Assembly: GCF_036321535.1 (NCBI RefSeq)
Contig: NC_087437.1
Coordinates: 108,936,001-109,000,000, forward strand
Direction: 5' to 3'
From: Camelus dromedarius
Lineage: Eukaryota
DNA length: 64,000 nt
Made by a program: the position numbers and the translations under genes. Shown here in pieces: positions 37,089 to 49,039 of the stretch (position 1 is its first letter; the number at the start of each line of letters is the position of its first letter). The notes under the pieces are model-generated. The model did no database searches. It saw only the letters and a list, made by a program, of their open reading frames with translations, and was not told where the DNA came from.

Positions 37089-39736
37089 GATCAACTCTCT
37101 TAACAATGTTCAAATGTACAATACAGTATTGCTTACTACAGTCACCATGCTGTACCTTACATCCCCAGGATTTATGTATCTTAAAATTAAAAGTTGTACC
37201 TTTTGACCACCTTCACTCATTTTGCCTACCCCTCCCACCCCCTGCCTCTGGTAACCACAGATCTGTTCTCTGCATCTATGAGGTTTTTTTTTTTTAAGAT
37301 TCCACACATAAATGATACCATATAGTGTTTGTCTTTTTCTGTCTTATTTCACTAAGCATACTGCCCTCAAGTTTCATCCATGTTGTGGCAAAAGGCAGGA
37401 TTTCCTTCTTTTTTATGGCTGAATAATATTCCTTTATATATACATATATATGCCACAGTTTCTTTACCCTTTCATCTATTGATGAACATTTAGGTTGTTT
37501 CCATGTCTTGGCTATTATGAATAACGCTGCAATGAACACAGGGTGCAGATAACTTTTCAAGACAGTGATTTTATTTCCTTTAGATAAATACCCACAAGTG
37601 GAATTGCTGGATCATATGGTAATTCTATTTTATTTAATTTTTCAAACTCCAGTTAATTTAAATTTAAATAGCTACATTTAGCCAGTGGCTACTATGTTGA
37701 ACAATACTGCTCTAGGAATATTTCCTTTCCTTTTTTAACTTAAAATTTACAGTAATACTTTTATTTCTTAATGTTATTCTCTGGTTCATGTATATAAGGA
37801 AAAAGACTCTTTTCTATCTCAAATGAGAGCAAATTTTGTAATATCTGTAGTGCCATTGCTTAAGATATTTTCTTGGAAATAATAATATGAGTGGTCCATT
37901 AAAATGATATTATATAGGTGATAGAAATGATTGAGATAGAGGCAAGACACCCTCACAGCTGCAGTCTCTGGGGAAAACTTGACTGGTGTACGGGAAAGGG
38001 ATGGAGGAAAATCTGGGCACACTGAAAATTACACGAGCACAGGGAAGAAAAATCACTACTGTAGGCCTGCCATCTTCTGTGTCTAGTCATAGCACTGTTG
38101 AATGACTTTTACCAAGCTCTTTGGTATATTTTATCCTTTTCTGGCTGGCATTTATAATTTGAAATTAGACTAATAGACAGTTTTTAGATGAATATACAGC
38201 TTCCCTGCCACCTGGCAAAGACCTCAGGAAATGAACTAGCAGGAGTAGTCAGCTCCTTGTGAGCTCTTTCCTTATTTTAAATGTAATGCTAGTGGTGTTT
38301 CTTAAAACATCATCTTTTTCTTTGGGCCTTTCCTTTAGAATTGGTTTATATATCATGTCAAGAGACCAGTCTCATTACTTAATAATTATGCTTTGGATAT
38401 AGAACCAGTCTTGAATGGGCTGGACTTTTTAGGAGGCAGAGTAGAAAATAATCTTCTTTCAACATCCCCTCTCAGATCCCCTTTTCTGCCTCTGGATAAT
38501 ATCCATCTCACAGACCACACTTTCAAGTACTACAAAGTTCAGCCAGCCCAGAGCACTATCAAACTCTTAATCACTCATCCAATTTAAACCTTCTCCCATC
38601 CCCCGTAGTCTGCAGGGCCTGGAGGTCTGCAGTGGGGATGGGGCTGTAGGGTCAGCTTGTCTGCTCTTCCGTACCACCCCCTCTGCATTACCTTACTTTG
38701 CACCAGCTACCTGCTGTTTCTTGTGCCTCCAGGGTAGGTTGCAGGAGGGTGGGGAGCCTTAGAAGAGACAAAGCTTAACTGGCTGGCCCTGCTGCAATTT
38801 GGTGTTTCCGGCCCTCTGGGCACAGATACTTAAATGCACACTCAACACTTTCTTTCATGCAGGGGTTTGTGAGAATGCCCAAAGGGCCCTCATGCTGCCT
38901 CATTTTCTGGCTTTGAATTTAAGACCCTCTGGTTATAAAGCAAACTCTGTGCCTAGATGACTCCTTATGAGCCATGCTTTGCAACCTCCATTGATGAAGC
39001 ACCTCCCACAGCCTTTTCTACAAAGGTAGCTTTGCCCAGTCAAGTAGACTCCTTCCATAGGGTCCATTCATGACTTCTCAAGATGGTCACCTTTTATAAG
39101 CCCATCTAACCCACAGAACACTTGGCACCTGGCTTCAGAGTCCCAAGGTGTGGGCCCTCTCTTCACTTTGCTTAGGAGGGAGCTCTTTCATTAGATGTTG
39201 ACAGATATCCTCCCCACAAATCCAAGAAACTCCATTTCATTTCTACCTGAGAACCTCCACTCAGGGCCCATGTTACTGTGGGGCTCAGGAGTTGCTCCAG
39301 CTTATCTGGCATCAGCTGTTTAGGAGTGGGAGACAGTGGGGTGGGAACAGTGGTAGTGAGATGTCATACATTCTCTTGTAAGACATCCCAATCTCTGTAA
39401 GTGGTGTTCTCTCTCTCTCTTTTAATGAATATTGAGTGCTTATTTTATTATATGTAAGTTGAACAATCTGAACTGTCCTGCTTCCTCACCCTCTACTTGC
39501 CACATGTTCCCCCCGCCCCCTTCTCTCTCTCTGGAAGCTTGAAGGATCTTCTTTTTATTTTCCACATCCTGCATTTTCACCGTGTGGTTTGTTGTGGGTC
39601 TATTTTCACCCATGATGCTGGACATTCAGTGGATTCTGTCATGTCTTCCATTCCTGGCAAACTTTCTTGGATGATATCACTCCCCAATGATTTCTTCCAA
39701 TATAAGTGGTTCTCCTGAAGACCCTTATTTGGTGTA

Positions 39737-40074
39737 TGCTATGGACTAAACATGTGTATCCCCAGATTCATTATGTGGAAGCCCTAATACTCAATGTGAT
39801 GGCTTTAGGAGGAAGGCCTTTGGGAGGTAATTAGGTCTGGGTTGAGTCCTTATGATGGGATTAGTGCCTGAATAAGAAGAGACACAGGAGAGTTTGCTTC
39901 CTTTCTTTGTCTGCCATGTAATGTCATAACTAGGTGAGCTCTCCCCCAGGAACTGAATTAGCCGGCACCTTGATCTTGGACTTCCCAGCCTCCAGGACTG
40001 TGAGAAATAAATGTCTGTTGTTGAAGCCACCCAGGCTATGGTATTTTTGTTATAGCAGCCAGAACTGACTAAGA
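39737..40074 (+). mobile_element. MLT1A-like MaLR solo LTR
   Basis: TGCTATGGACTAAA...GGCACCTTGATCTTGGACTTCCCAGCCTCCAGGACTGTGAGAAATAAAT...GACTAAGA. Confidence 0.88.
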
Positions 40075-41833
40075 GCCTGAGAAAGAGAGAGAAGAACTTT
40101 CACTCTCCCGTGGGGGAGGTAAGACAAACATGCGAAGACATCCTGTAAATCTCCTTACTCCTCCTGTGGAGGAGCTGAAGGAAGGTGGGGCAGACGTGTT
40201 TTGAGTCACTCCTCAGTGAATCATGTCCTGATATTATAACACTTCTCTTTAGTGCTTGAGATATGACACACTGTGAAAACCGTCACTGAAAGGAGAGAAT
40301 TAATTGGCATTTGGTGGAAGCAGTCTCAAAATTTTGGGGGACATGATTTATAAAGAGCAAGAAATACAAATACATTAAAAAAAAAACCTTTTCATAACCC
40401 TTAGGGAATGATGCTTAAAATGGAAAAATACTAATAGTCACCTCTTGTTGGTTAACCTCCAACAAGTCCACCTTTTTTGAACCACCTCCAAATAGTCCAT
40501 GTTGTACACTAATATGTGGAAATACCTTCACTAGGCTTAGGATATATCTACCCTTCAACTATAGAATTAAGATGATTTTTTAAAATGTCTAATTGGAATG
40601 TGGGAAAGTTTACCTCTGATAAACTGCCTACCTGTTCTTTGCTCTTTTTGGTAACATCCCGCCTTCCTTCCCCCTGGAACCCCTACCCATGCCAAACACA
40701 GAGATGCAGAAGCACAAGCACACAGACACACAGACACAGAACCTCCAGATGTAAAAAACAAGCCCTTGATCTTGACTTTTCTTTTTGTTCTCTGGCCCTC
40801 ATTCTATAATGTATAATCCATTTTTATCTTCCAATGTAATATCTCAAGCTCCGGATCTTCCTTGCCTCCTAAACCCTAACAGGGTTTGTGTGTCTTTTGT
40901 CTTAGGTTTTCCTTTTCACTCACTATTCAGGCAAAATAATGCCCACTAGTGTTTTCAGTGAAAGGAAAGACATTTGTGTGTGATATCTCTTGGGTACCAA
41001 ATGTACACACCTGAACGGTAAACAGCCTTTAGAAATTTACTGTGTTAATCCACAGGAGTGCCTCCAATGACCGGAATGTAAGGCACTGCTGTGCTTATCA
41101 AAGGAAGTGCTCACTATTTACAGACTTCTATTTCTCTGAGTCCTGTTCTCCCACTATTTCCTGACATTAATGACATCTTTGGTTAGATCGGTCTCCCCAC
41201 AGGGCTCTGTGTGATCCAAGCTGCTTATGTGACTCTTCCCGCCAGGACTGAGATGCAAGGGTGGCAGGAAGACAGACTCCAGGATCCCTAAGGTCCCGCC
41301 CAGTCCCCAGACTTATACATTTCTTTCTCCTCTCCAAATGCCTCTTTTCTATTCCAGCCCAGTTCTGGCCTTGGCCCATTTCTGAAGTTTAAGTTAGCTA
41401 TTCCTTCTCTGATCTCCAATTGCCTCTTTAGGCTACCACACACATATCGAGGTTGTTTTGAATATCAATCTGGTGTCTGTGTATTTCCCTTTCCATCTAT
41501 GTATTACCTTCACTTGAACCCAGGAGCTCCCTTAGACTCTAAATAAACACCTACTTAAGCAGTTTCCAGTGCTTGCTTGTAAACATTATATATGTCTGGG
41601 GCTGAGACCATGAGGAGAACATGGCAGAAGCACAAATTTGGACATGAGAGGAAGGGGTGGAGGCAAAAGAATCATCAGAGTGGAGCCAGGGAGTGGAAGG
41701 AAGGACCAGGATGTGGAAGGAGTCAATGCCACACAAGTTGAGATCAACTTGCCCTCAGTAACCTATTGTCCATGGAAAACCCACCACCCTAAACTTCTGG
41801 ATTTGTCCCCTGAACAGAGGTGAGATGCTAGCA

Positions 41834-42434
41834 TGGGAAGGCAAATTTTGTTTTTTCAGTACTACTCTCCTGGGTTTTCTGGCTGGAGCCCTGTAAAGTG
41901 GACAAAAATAAGACTGATTAACAAGACAAAAACAACAAACAAGTTTATTAGCATGTGAATCACACTTAACACATGAGAGCACTCAGGGGTGAGTAACTCA
42001 AAGGGTTGGTTAGAGTTTGGGCTTACATAGCATCTTAGCAAAGGGACACTAACTACATTTTTAGAAAAGTGACAAGCCAAAAGAAAAGGACTTTGAGCTC
42101 CTAGGGTAGTAAATTGTGGGAAGGCAAATACATGGGAAACTGATAGTGGTTAAAAGGCTAATTAGTAAGGTTTGTTATGTGAACTCCTCTGGTGCCTTCT
42201 CCAGGCTGCTGAGAGCCTAACGGTGACTCTGGTGATTAACTTTTGTCCCTCCTGGTAGAGAGGGGAAGATGGACACCTTTGTAAATTTATGTCTTGCATT
42301 TAGGCAAATAGGAGGACAGCAGAGAGCTTTTTTTTTTTTTTTTTTACATCTGCTTCTTTTCAGTTGTCTTCAGTTCAAAATAATCCTTTTGCCAAAGTGG
42401 CATATTTCAGAGTGGCATGTTCTGTCACCCTACA
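41834..42434 (-). mobile_element. MER34-like ERV1 solo LTR
   Basis: The minus strand starts TGTAGGGTGACAGAACATGCCACTCTGAAATATGCCACTTTGGCAAAAGGATTATTTTGAACTGAAG. Confidence 0.75.
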
Positions 42435-42859
42435 GTCACCTTGTCAGGGTGAGAAGAGTGAAAGAAAAATGTGGTGTCCTGGCCTAGATGGAACTGACCA
42501 GAACAGCTGTGAATTTCCCTGTGAAATGGAACCACTGTGGACCCACTACCACCATTATACCCACTGGTTTTTAATTACCTTTCTATTAATAAATTTCTTA
42601 ATCTCAAAATAGGTAGAATAAGACCAACCACACAGAGTTATTATGGGGGTAAAATAAGAGAATGTATGTAATGCTTGTGAAATGTTCATGGGTTACCAAA
42701 ATAAAGAATTATAATTACATTAGAGGCTCCCTGAGGCTCAAGCTTTATTCTTCACTTAAACTGCCTGGTGACTCATAAGACAGAATGTCATCAAGAGATG
42801 AAATTTATGTGAAGTCTTCTCTGAAATTACATCATTTTGCTATCACATTTATGAGTCTG

Positions 42860-43470
42860 TGCAGTTACAAAATTCCTTCTGCACGGAATGTTCTTATTCT
42901 TCTAAGTTTCAACTCAAATGTCCTCTTCTCTATAATGTCTTTGTCAATACCCCAGCCTCCCTAGTGTTCTGTTTGTATCTCTCTTATGTACATGACATTT
43001 ATGACTCTTGTTAGTTTGTGAGCACTTGGAGGAGAGAAACACAGAGCTCATGTTTTATTTCTCTTTGAATCCCCAATATCTGGAACGTCAGACAGCATAA
43101 ATGCTCCATGTGTGTTAAAGCTGGGAGCCATCCTGCAGCTTCTGGGGCTCTGCTGGTGTTTGCAGGGGAATCCAAGTTTGGAACTCTGGTTAGTCTATAT
43201 GAGTGTTCCTTGGACCTGTAAATGCAGCTTGGAACTAAAGGCATATGGTCTGTTGTAAATACTCCTCTGAGTGGTTTCCATTTTTCCATTCTTATCTCCT
43301 TTCAACCATTCTCCAATCACGGCCAAAGAGAACATTCTAAAAGAAATCTATTCATTACTTTCTCGGTTAAAACTTTTCAAAATCTTGCCTCTCCTAAGGG
43401 ATCAAGTTAAACTTTTTGGGATGCCATCCAAGACCCTACATAACTTGATCCTGTCTAACTCTTGGGGGTC
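42860..43470 (+). mobile_element. L2 fragments
   Basis: TCAACTCAAATGTCCTCTTCTC...CAGCATAAATGCTC, and TTAAAACTTTTCAA...CCAAGACCCTACATAACTTG. Confidence 0.45.
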
Positions 43471-44449
43471 ATCTCTTGATGCATCTTCTCCATTTCCCCC
43501 TGTACCCCTCTCCCACCAATACAGAACCACTCCCACACCCCCACCAATACACACAACCACCCCATGCCTTTCCACTCTTCACCCCACCTACCCACTTTAG
43601 AGATGCCGAGTTCCAGGTAATTGTCTAAATGGACCATGCTGCATTAACCGCTGCTTTTTGTTTTTTTCCCATCATTATCCTGTTCTCTCATTGCTTCTAT
43701 TCCTTTTTTCATCTCCTTGATTACTTAAACCATACTTATTTTATAGTCTTTCTCAGATCTATTATACCTAGTTTTTGTGATGTAAATTCACCATTTGTTA
43801 AATTTACTGACTCTCTCTCTCATGAGGATGGATTGTTTCCTAGTGTGTCTCTGTGTGATATGTTTTATTTTTATTTGCTTGTTTTATTGTGAGGTCATCT
43901 TCAGGAGGGGTTGATTCCCCACCCTTTCCCACCCCACCATGGGAATAGTGTCTTGGGTGGTGGAAGTACCAGTTTGGCCAGTTTCCTACAGTTTCTTGGA
44001 TTCTAGACCAGCTTTATGTTAATGTCTTAGCTTGAGATTTTGATACTATGGGGCAGATATAAACTGGACCCTCACATGCATGTGTGCCTTAGGTTTGAGG
44101 TTTTCCATTTTTTTCCCACTCTGAGTTCTAGGCTGATGGCAGTCTACCTTGCTACTTCTCCAGGCTTGTGGGTGGGGTATTTCTAGTTGTCTTTTCATAG
44201 ATGGGCCTGGCTAAGTGCAAAGGTCTTAGTTCAGCTCTCCACCTCACCTGGGCTGTGTCTTTTTCCTTTTTCTACCTGGATGTTAAAACACAGGCTCCAT
44301 TCCTCAGGAAGGCTGACAACCTCTTGGGAGGCTGCTCCATCAGCTTGATTTACTTCTTTGCATTTGGTTTTCCTCTTGATGTCTTGAATCTCTGGGTTTT
44401 TTCCCTTTTCCTTCTTTCAAGCTTGGCTCTTTTTTCCAGCCTGTGGAAG

Positions 44450-44860
44450 AATCTGCCCTCAAACCAACCCCAACCCCACGGGAAACTTGCTCACCTTTTA
44501 GTACTCAGCTCAAGTGCCCCTTCCTCAATAGAGCTTTTCCTAACCCTTCTCCAGGGTAGAATTCATCTTTCCTTCACTCACACCTCCTCTGTGCACCGTA
44601 AGACCTGTGACAGTGATGTGCTTAGTAGCACACGTGCCTCACTCTTTCCAGACCTTCTTTCCCTGAAGATTATATTTTATTTATCTTTGTGTCCTTAGGG
44701 TCCTGCACTGCACAGGATTCATAATAGAGGTTTAATACATGACAGACGAATACATGAATGAATAATAGATGCTTAATACACGGCAGATGAATAAATGAAT
44801 ACATAAGTGAATGAACACATAAGGTGAATGAACAAAGAAGGAATAATAGAATTGAATAAT
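44450..44860 (+). mobile_element. L2 3' end with an expanded degenerate (TGAA)n tail
   Basis: CTCAGCTCAAGTGCCCCTTCCTC...GCACAGGATTCATAATAGAGG followed by GAATACATGAATGAAT repeats. Confidence 0.6.
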
Positions 44861-44984
44861 TCATCTATCTTTACCTTTATGTCAGGTTTCCATAGTAGGC
44901 TGCATCTATAAAGGCATTAATCAAATTCAATTTAAACAAAGTATTTTACCCTGGTAGGAAGTGACAGGTGAGATATGTAATAAA

Positions 44985-45215
44985 AATTATAGCAGCAATT
45001 GTAGGTCATGCTCCCCAGGGGCCAGGCACATTAAATTAACACATTTAATTTTTACAGCAGTCTTTTGAGGTTGATATTTTTACAGACAAGGAAACTGAGT
45101 CACCAGAAGATTAACTTGACCAAGCTCATAAATAACTTGACCAAGTTCATAAGTGGCAGAGCTGGGATCTGAGCTCAGGTAGTCTGGCTCAGACGCCATG
45201 CTTGTAACCATATTA
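44985..45215 (-). mobile_element. MIR with a 21-bp internal tandem duplication
   Basis: TTTTACAGACAAGGAAACTGAG...AGTGGCAGAGCTGGGATCTGAGCTCAGG. TAACTTGACCAAG(C/T)TCATAA occurs twice (45112, 45133). Confidence 0.7.
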
Positions 45216-45625
45216 GACAGCCTGTCAGTACTCATGAAGGAGACGTACTGAAGTTTCTGGATCCATGATTTTATTTTAAAGTGATGATTTGTAAATCCAA
45301 AGTAAATAGTTATTTTCTAATGACTGCCCTAGATCTTCTTAAACCCCTGCTATGTGGGACATTTACCACCTCACCCGTAAATCATTTCTGTACTTAACTG
45401 ATTGGTCTAAAAAATCCTTCCAGAACTGAATCTAGTTCTCAGATGTTGCTGTTTAAAAACCTGCCTTCCTTTTTATTTTCCTTCTCTATTTATATATATA
45501 TATTTAAAAAAGAACAAATATGGCAACTTCTCCTTGTCTTCCTAGAACAAAATTTTGTTGAGGCTTGACTAGAATTTAGTAGTTCATCCTTTTTCTTTGG
45601 AATTCAGAAAGTACCTACCAATATT

Positions 45626-45728
45626 GTGTGTGTGTGTGTTTTAAATAGAGGTACTGAGGATTGAACCCTGGATCTTGTGCATGCTAAGCACACACTATAC
45701 CACTGAGCTATACCCCTGCTCCTACCCC
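45626..45728 (-). mobile_element. Vic-1-type SINE with a (TG)7 tail
   Basis: Core sequence. TSD CCT(A/G)CCAATATT at 45614-45625 and 45729-45740. Confidence 0.88.
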
Positions 45729-46258
45729 CCTGCCAATATTTTGGATATACTAATACAAATTCACCATGGCCCTTACTCACTCCTCACAAGACATTATGCT
45801 GCAAAGCAACGGGCTCTGTCAGTCCAGCCATTCTGACTCTCAGATTGCCTGACTCTCATATTGGGCGGCTCCCACAGCGCTGTCCTTGTGGGGGCAGATA
45901 CCTGGTGAGTGTTACACTGCTGATATGATGTCATCTCTTTTCTGAACTCCTTTAATGGAGTTTTGTGGAGAAGGGGCAACTCCTCTGGGTCAAAGCATGG
46001 GTGAAAGAATCTCAAGGCACAAGACTCATCGACTATAAGCAAAATGGGAATAAATTTTTAGAGCGGCAGAAGTTTCTTACTTAGGATTATTAAGGAAGAT
46101 GCTAAAGAAAGATAAGCAACTTGAGTGGTTACTAAATATACCAGGCATGCATGGGGCTGAGATATGTGGGGTTATGTGCAACTGAACAAACAAAATGACT
46201 ATTTCTGTAGGGACCCTGAGTGTTTGGTGCTTTGGGTTGATGATACACTTTACTATTT

Positions 46259-46620
46259 TTTTTTAACATTTTTTTATTGAGTAATAGTCATTTTACAATG
46301 TTGTGTCAAATTCCAGTGTAGAAGACAATTTTTCAGTTATACATGAACATATATGTATTCATTGTCACTTTTTTTTTTTGCTGTGAGCTACCACAAGATC
46401 TTGCATATATCTCCCTGTGCTATACAGTATAATCTTGTTTATCTATTCTACATTTTGAAATCCCAGTCTGTCCCTTCCCATCCCCCGCCCTCTTGGCAAC
46501 CACAAATTAGTAGTCTATGTCTATGAGCTGTTTCTGTTCTAAGTGAAGTAAGCCAAAAAGAGAAAGAAAAATACCTTATGAGATTGCTCATATGTGGAAT
46601 CTGAAGAAAAAAAAAAAAAA
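46259..46620 (-). mobile_element. Young camelid L1 with 5' inversion (twin priming)
   Basis: Perfect 17 bp TSD GATACACTTTACTATTT (46242-46258 and 46621-46637). Inverted segment at 46538-46620. Confidence 0.9.
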
Positions 46621-48264
46621 GATACACTTTACTATTTAAGGAGTGCAGAAGAATTATCCTATCTGAAGTCCAGAATAGATTTTTTTGATTTTTCTCAAGA
46701 GAAAATTATTTTTTAAATATTTGAATAATCCTTGAGTAAAATATATCTATCATAAAAATTCACAACTTACAAGTTCACCAAGATGATGCAGCCTAAGAGC
46801 CTTGATCAGATCAGAAGAAAATAGATATAATTTTTTTTTCCACAGCAAACTGGTTCTATTACAGAGAGAGCGATTCTCAGAAAATGTATGGTTATTGAGA
46901 TGAAATTACTTGGCAAGGATTATGTGGATTATTGAGGTGAGAAAGTTTTTCTTTTCTTCTTTTCAGGCCTGAACTATTACATTTAGATTCATGTTCAAAT
47001 GCACGATAGATATTTTTAAAAGTATTAGCATTTAAATGGTTGGCATTTAATTAATGATTGGCAACCTTGCTCCACGTGCTCTAACCATGCATGGAATTGT
47101 GGTTAAGATTTTTCAGATATTGAAAAAGAAATTATTCTGGGAGACAGTATCTGACAAAGTGGGCAGGCAGTGTGAGTTCATGTTTGAACAAGTATCAGGC
47201 AGAAGATTTATTGTTTTAGAAATTAATCTCCCTTGTAAGAGATATCTGAGTTGTTTATGAGTTAGTGGCTCTTCCTTATGAAGCTCCAGTTGCTGTTTTT
47301 CTCAGAGAACTGGGAAGTCCCTTTTGATTTTAGTTGTGTTCTGTGAACAGCACTCTGCCTTCAGAGAATGGACTTTTTTTTTTTTTTTTCCTAACTAAAA
47401 GACAAAAACTAGAGCAGAAATGACGACTGGACACAGGGGCCTTGATAAATGGATTTTTTCATCTCAGTGGTCTCTAGGCTCGAAATCCAATTAGTTACAA
47501 TTCTTTAGGACTCGAATACCTGTCAAAATGATTTGAAAAGAAAAACACATTCTTTAACTTTGGAGGGAAGTATTTTTAGGGTCAGATGACATGAGAGGGG
47601 ATTGCACAGTGTCAGGACAGTTGACCTGAGTTGACCAAAGAGCCTAAGCAGAAAAAACAAAAAACAGTGGGCTTATTTTAAGGTATAGCTAATGCTTGAC
47701 AGAAAAACAGTAGGGAGCTCAGAGAAAAAGCAGAGAGGGTTCTGATGGGTCAAATCTGGGGAGTATTGAACCCAACGTGGCAGATTGTTAATTATAACAC
47801 AATTGCTTACTTTATATTCTGAAGCTTTTGCGTTCCAAGTGAAATGGATGGGTAAGAGTATTTCTCAGCGACCATTTTAAAGAAATGTAATCATACTCAT
47901 CTTTTTTGTTATGTCATTCTAAACAAGGTGAAGAGCATCACTAAAGGAAAACATTAATCCTGTGACATAGAAAAGAAACTGTGAGCCATTCTTTAAATTT
48001 TTTTTCAAAGTTATTTGAATTAAGCCGATAGATACAACAGGTGAAACTGAGGAAATAAATGAATTTTAGACTGATTTCTTAATCCTAATAATAAAGATAT
48101 TAGTTTCTGTAAAAAGTCCTCCTTAAGGAAAAATATGTCAAACAAATTTAAAAATGGATTTTATGTGTTTTAAGAAAAGCAGTATATTTCAAACTTGGGG
48201 TGGTAGTTTTTAAACCCCTACTATGAAGACAGGGATTATTTCTTTTCCCTGCTCTCTGTTACAG

Positions 48265-48600
48265 AATTAGAAAGCTACAACCAAATCTGGCCTGTTGTCT
48301 GTTTTTGTCAATAAAGTTTTATTGTAATTTGCCCAATGACAATGCTCATTTGCTTCCTGTATTGTTTATTCTTGCTTTTGAGTGACAGCAGTGAAAATGA
48401 GCAGTCTTGATGGGGACAATATGGCCCTGTTTTTGTAAGTCAAGTTTTAATATAATAGCCACACCCTTTCATTAGTGTGTGATCCATTTCTGCTTTTGAG
48501 CCACAGCGGTGAAATTAAATAGTCTCAACAAAGACCATATGGCCCATGAGGCCTAAAATTTTTACTATCCGGCCCTTTTCAGGAAGTCTGTTGACCCCTA
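48265..48600 (+). mobile_element. MER58A-like hAT-Charlie with an internal duplication
   Basis: CCAAATCTGGCCTG...TGTTTTTGT..ATAAAGTTTTATTG...GACCATATGGCCC...CCTAAAATTTTTACTATCCGGCCCTTT...GACCCCT. Confidence 0.75.
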
Positions 48601-48898
48601 TTGTATTGTTACTTTTTATATCAATTTTTATATTATTTATAATCTGTTTTCTAACCATAATTCCTGAATTTTTTTGGTACTGTATTTAAATGGATACAAT
48701 GTTCACCACTAGCCCTCTTTTACCATGACTTTGGCAATTTTGAATCCTTTATTTTGATTCTTTTCTGAATTTCATCAAGTAGTTTCTTTAGTAAAGCTTT
48801 TTTAATATTTAATTTAATATTAAGTAATGTACACCTATTATAAATTACTTTAAAACATCTTATGGCTACTATTTTCTTTTCTTAAACATTGTGTAGAT

Positions 48899-49038
48899 CA
48901 GTGTTACCTAATAGACATGTAATGTGAACCACATATATAATTTAAAATTATCTAGTATTTTGATTAAAAATTATGTGTAGCACAGGTTAATTTAGTTTTA
49001 ATAATATGTTTTATTTAACCTAATCTGTCAAAATATCT
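48899..49038 (+). mobile_element. MER33-like fragment
   Basis: CAGTGTTACCTAATAGACATGTAATGTGAACCACATATATAATTTAAAATTATCTAGTA...TTTTATTTAACC. Confidence 0.6.
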
Positions 49039-49039
49039 T

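Larger units (their letters stand above)
35972..37630 (-). mobile_element. L1MA-like 3' end inserted in MER3, itself interrupted twice
   Basis: TSD TATTTAATTTTT at 35960-35971 and 37631-37642. Similar family to 28868-29948. Confidence 0.85.
35839..37712 (+). mobile_element. MER3 hAT MITE split into 35839-35971 and 37631-37712
   Basis: TGTCCAATAGAACTTTCTGTAATGATG...GTAGCCACTAGCCACATGTGGCTATT, continuing TTAATTTAAATTTAAATAGCTACAT...GTGGCTACTATGTTG. Confidence 0.85.

Noticed and set aside
36818..37560. ORFs with L1 ORF2 C-terminal peptides
   Set aside because: Truncated, disrupted L1 remnants rather than genes.
38480..39410. GC-richer block that may be an ancient LTR
   Set aside because: I could not assign a family or termini with confidence.
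44201..44698. 165 aa Leu/Phe/Ser-rich ORF
   Set aside because: Pyrimidine-rich old LINE sequence; a composition artefact.
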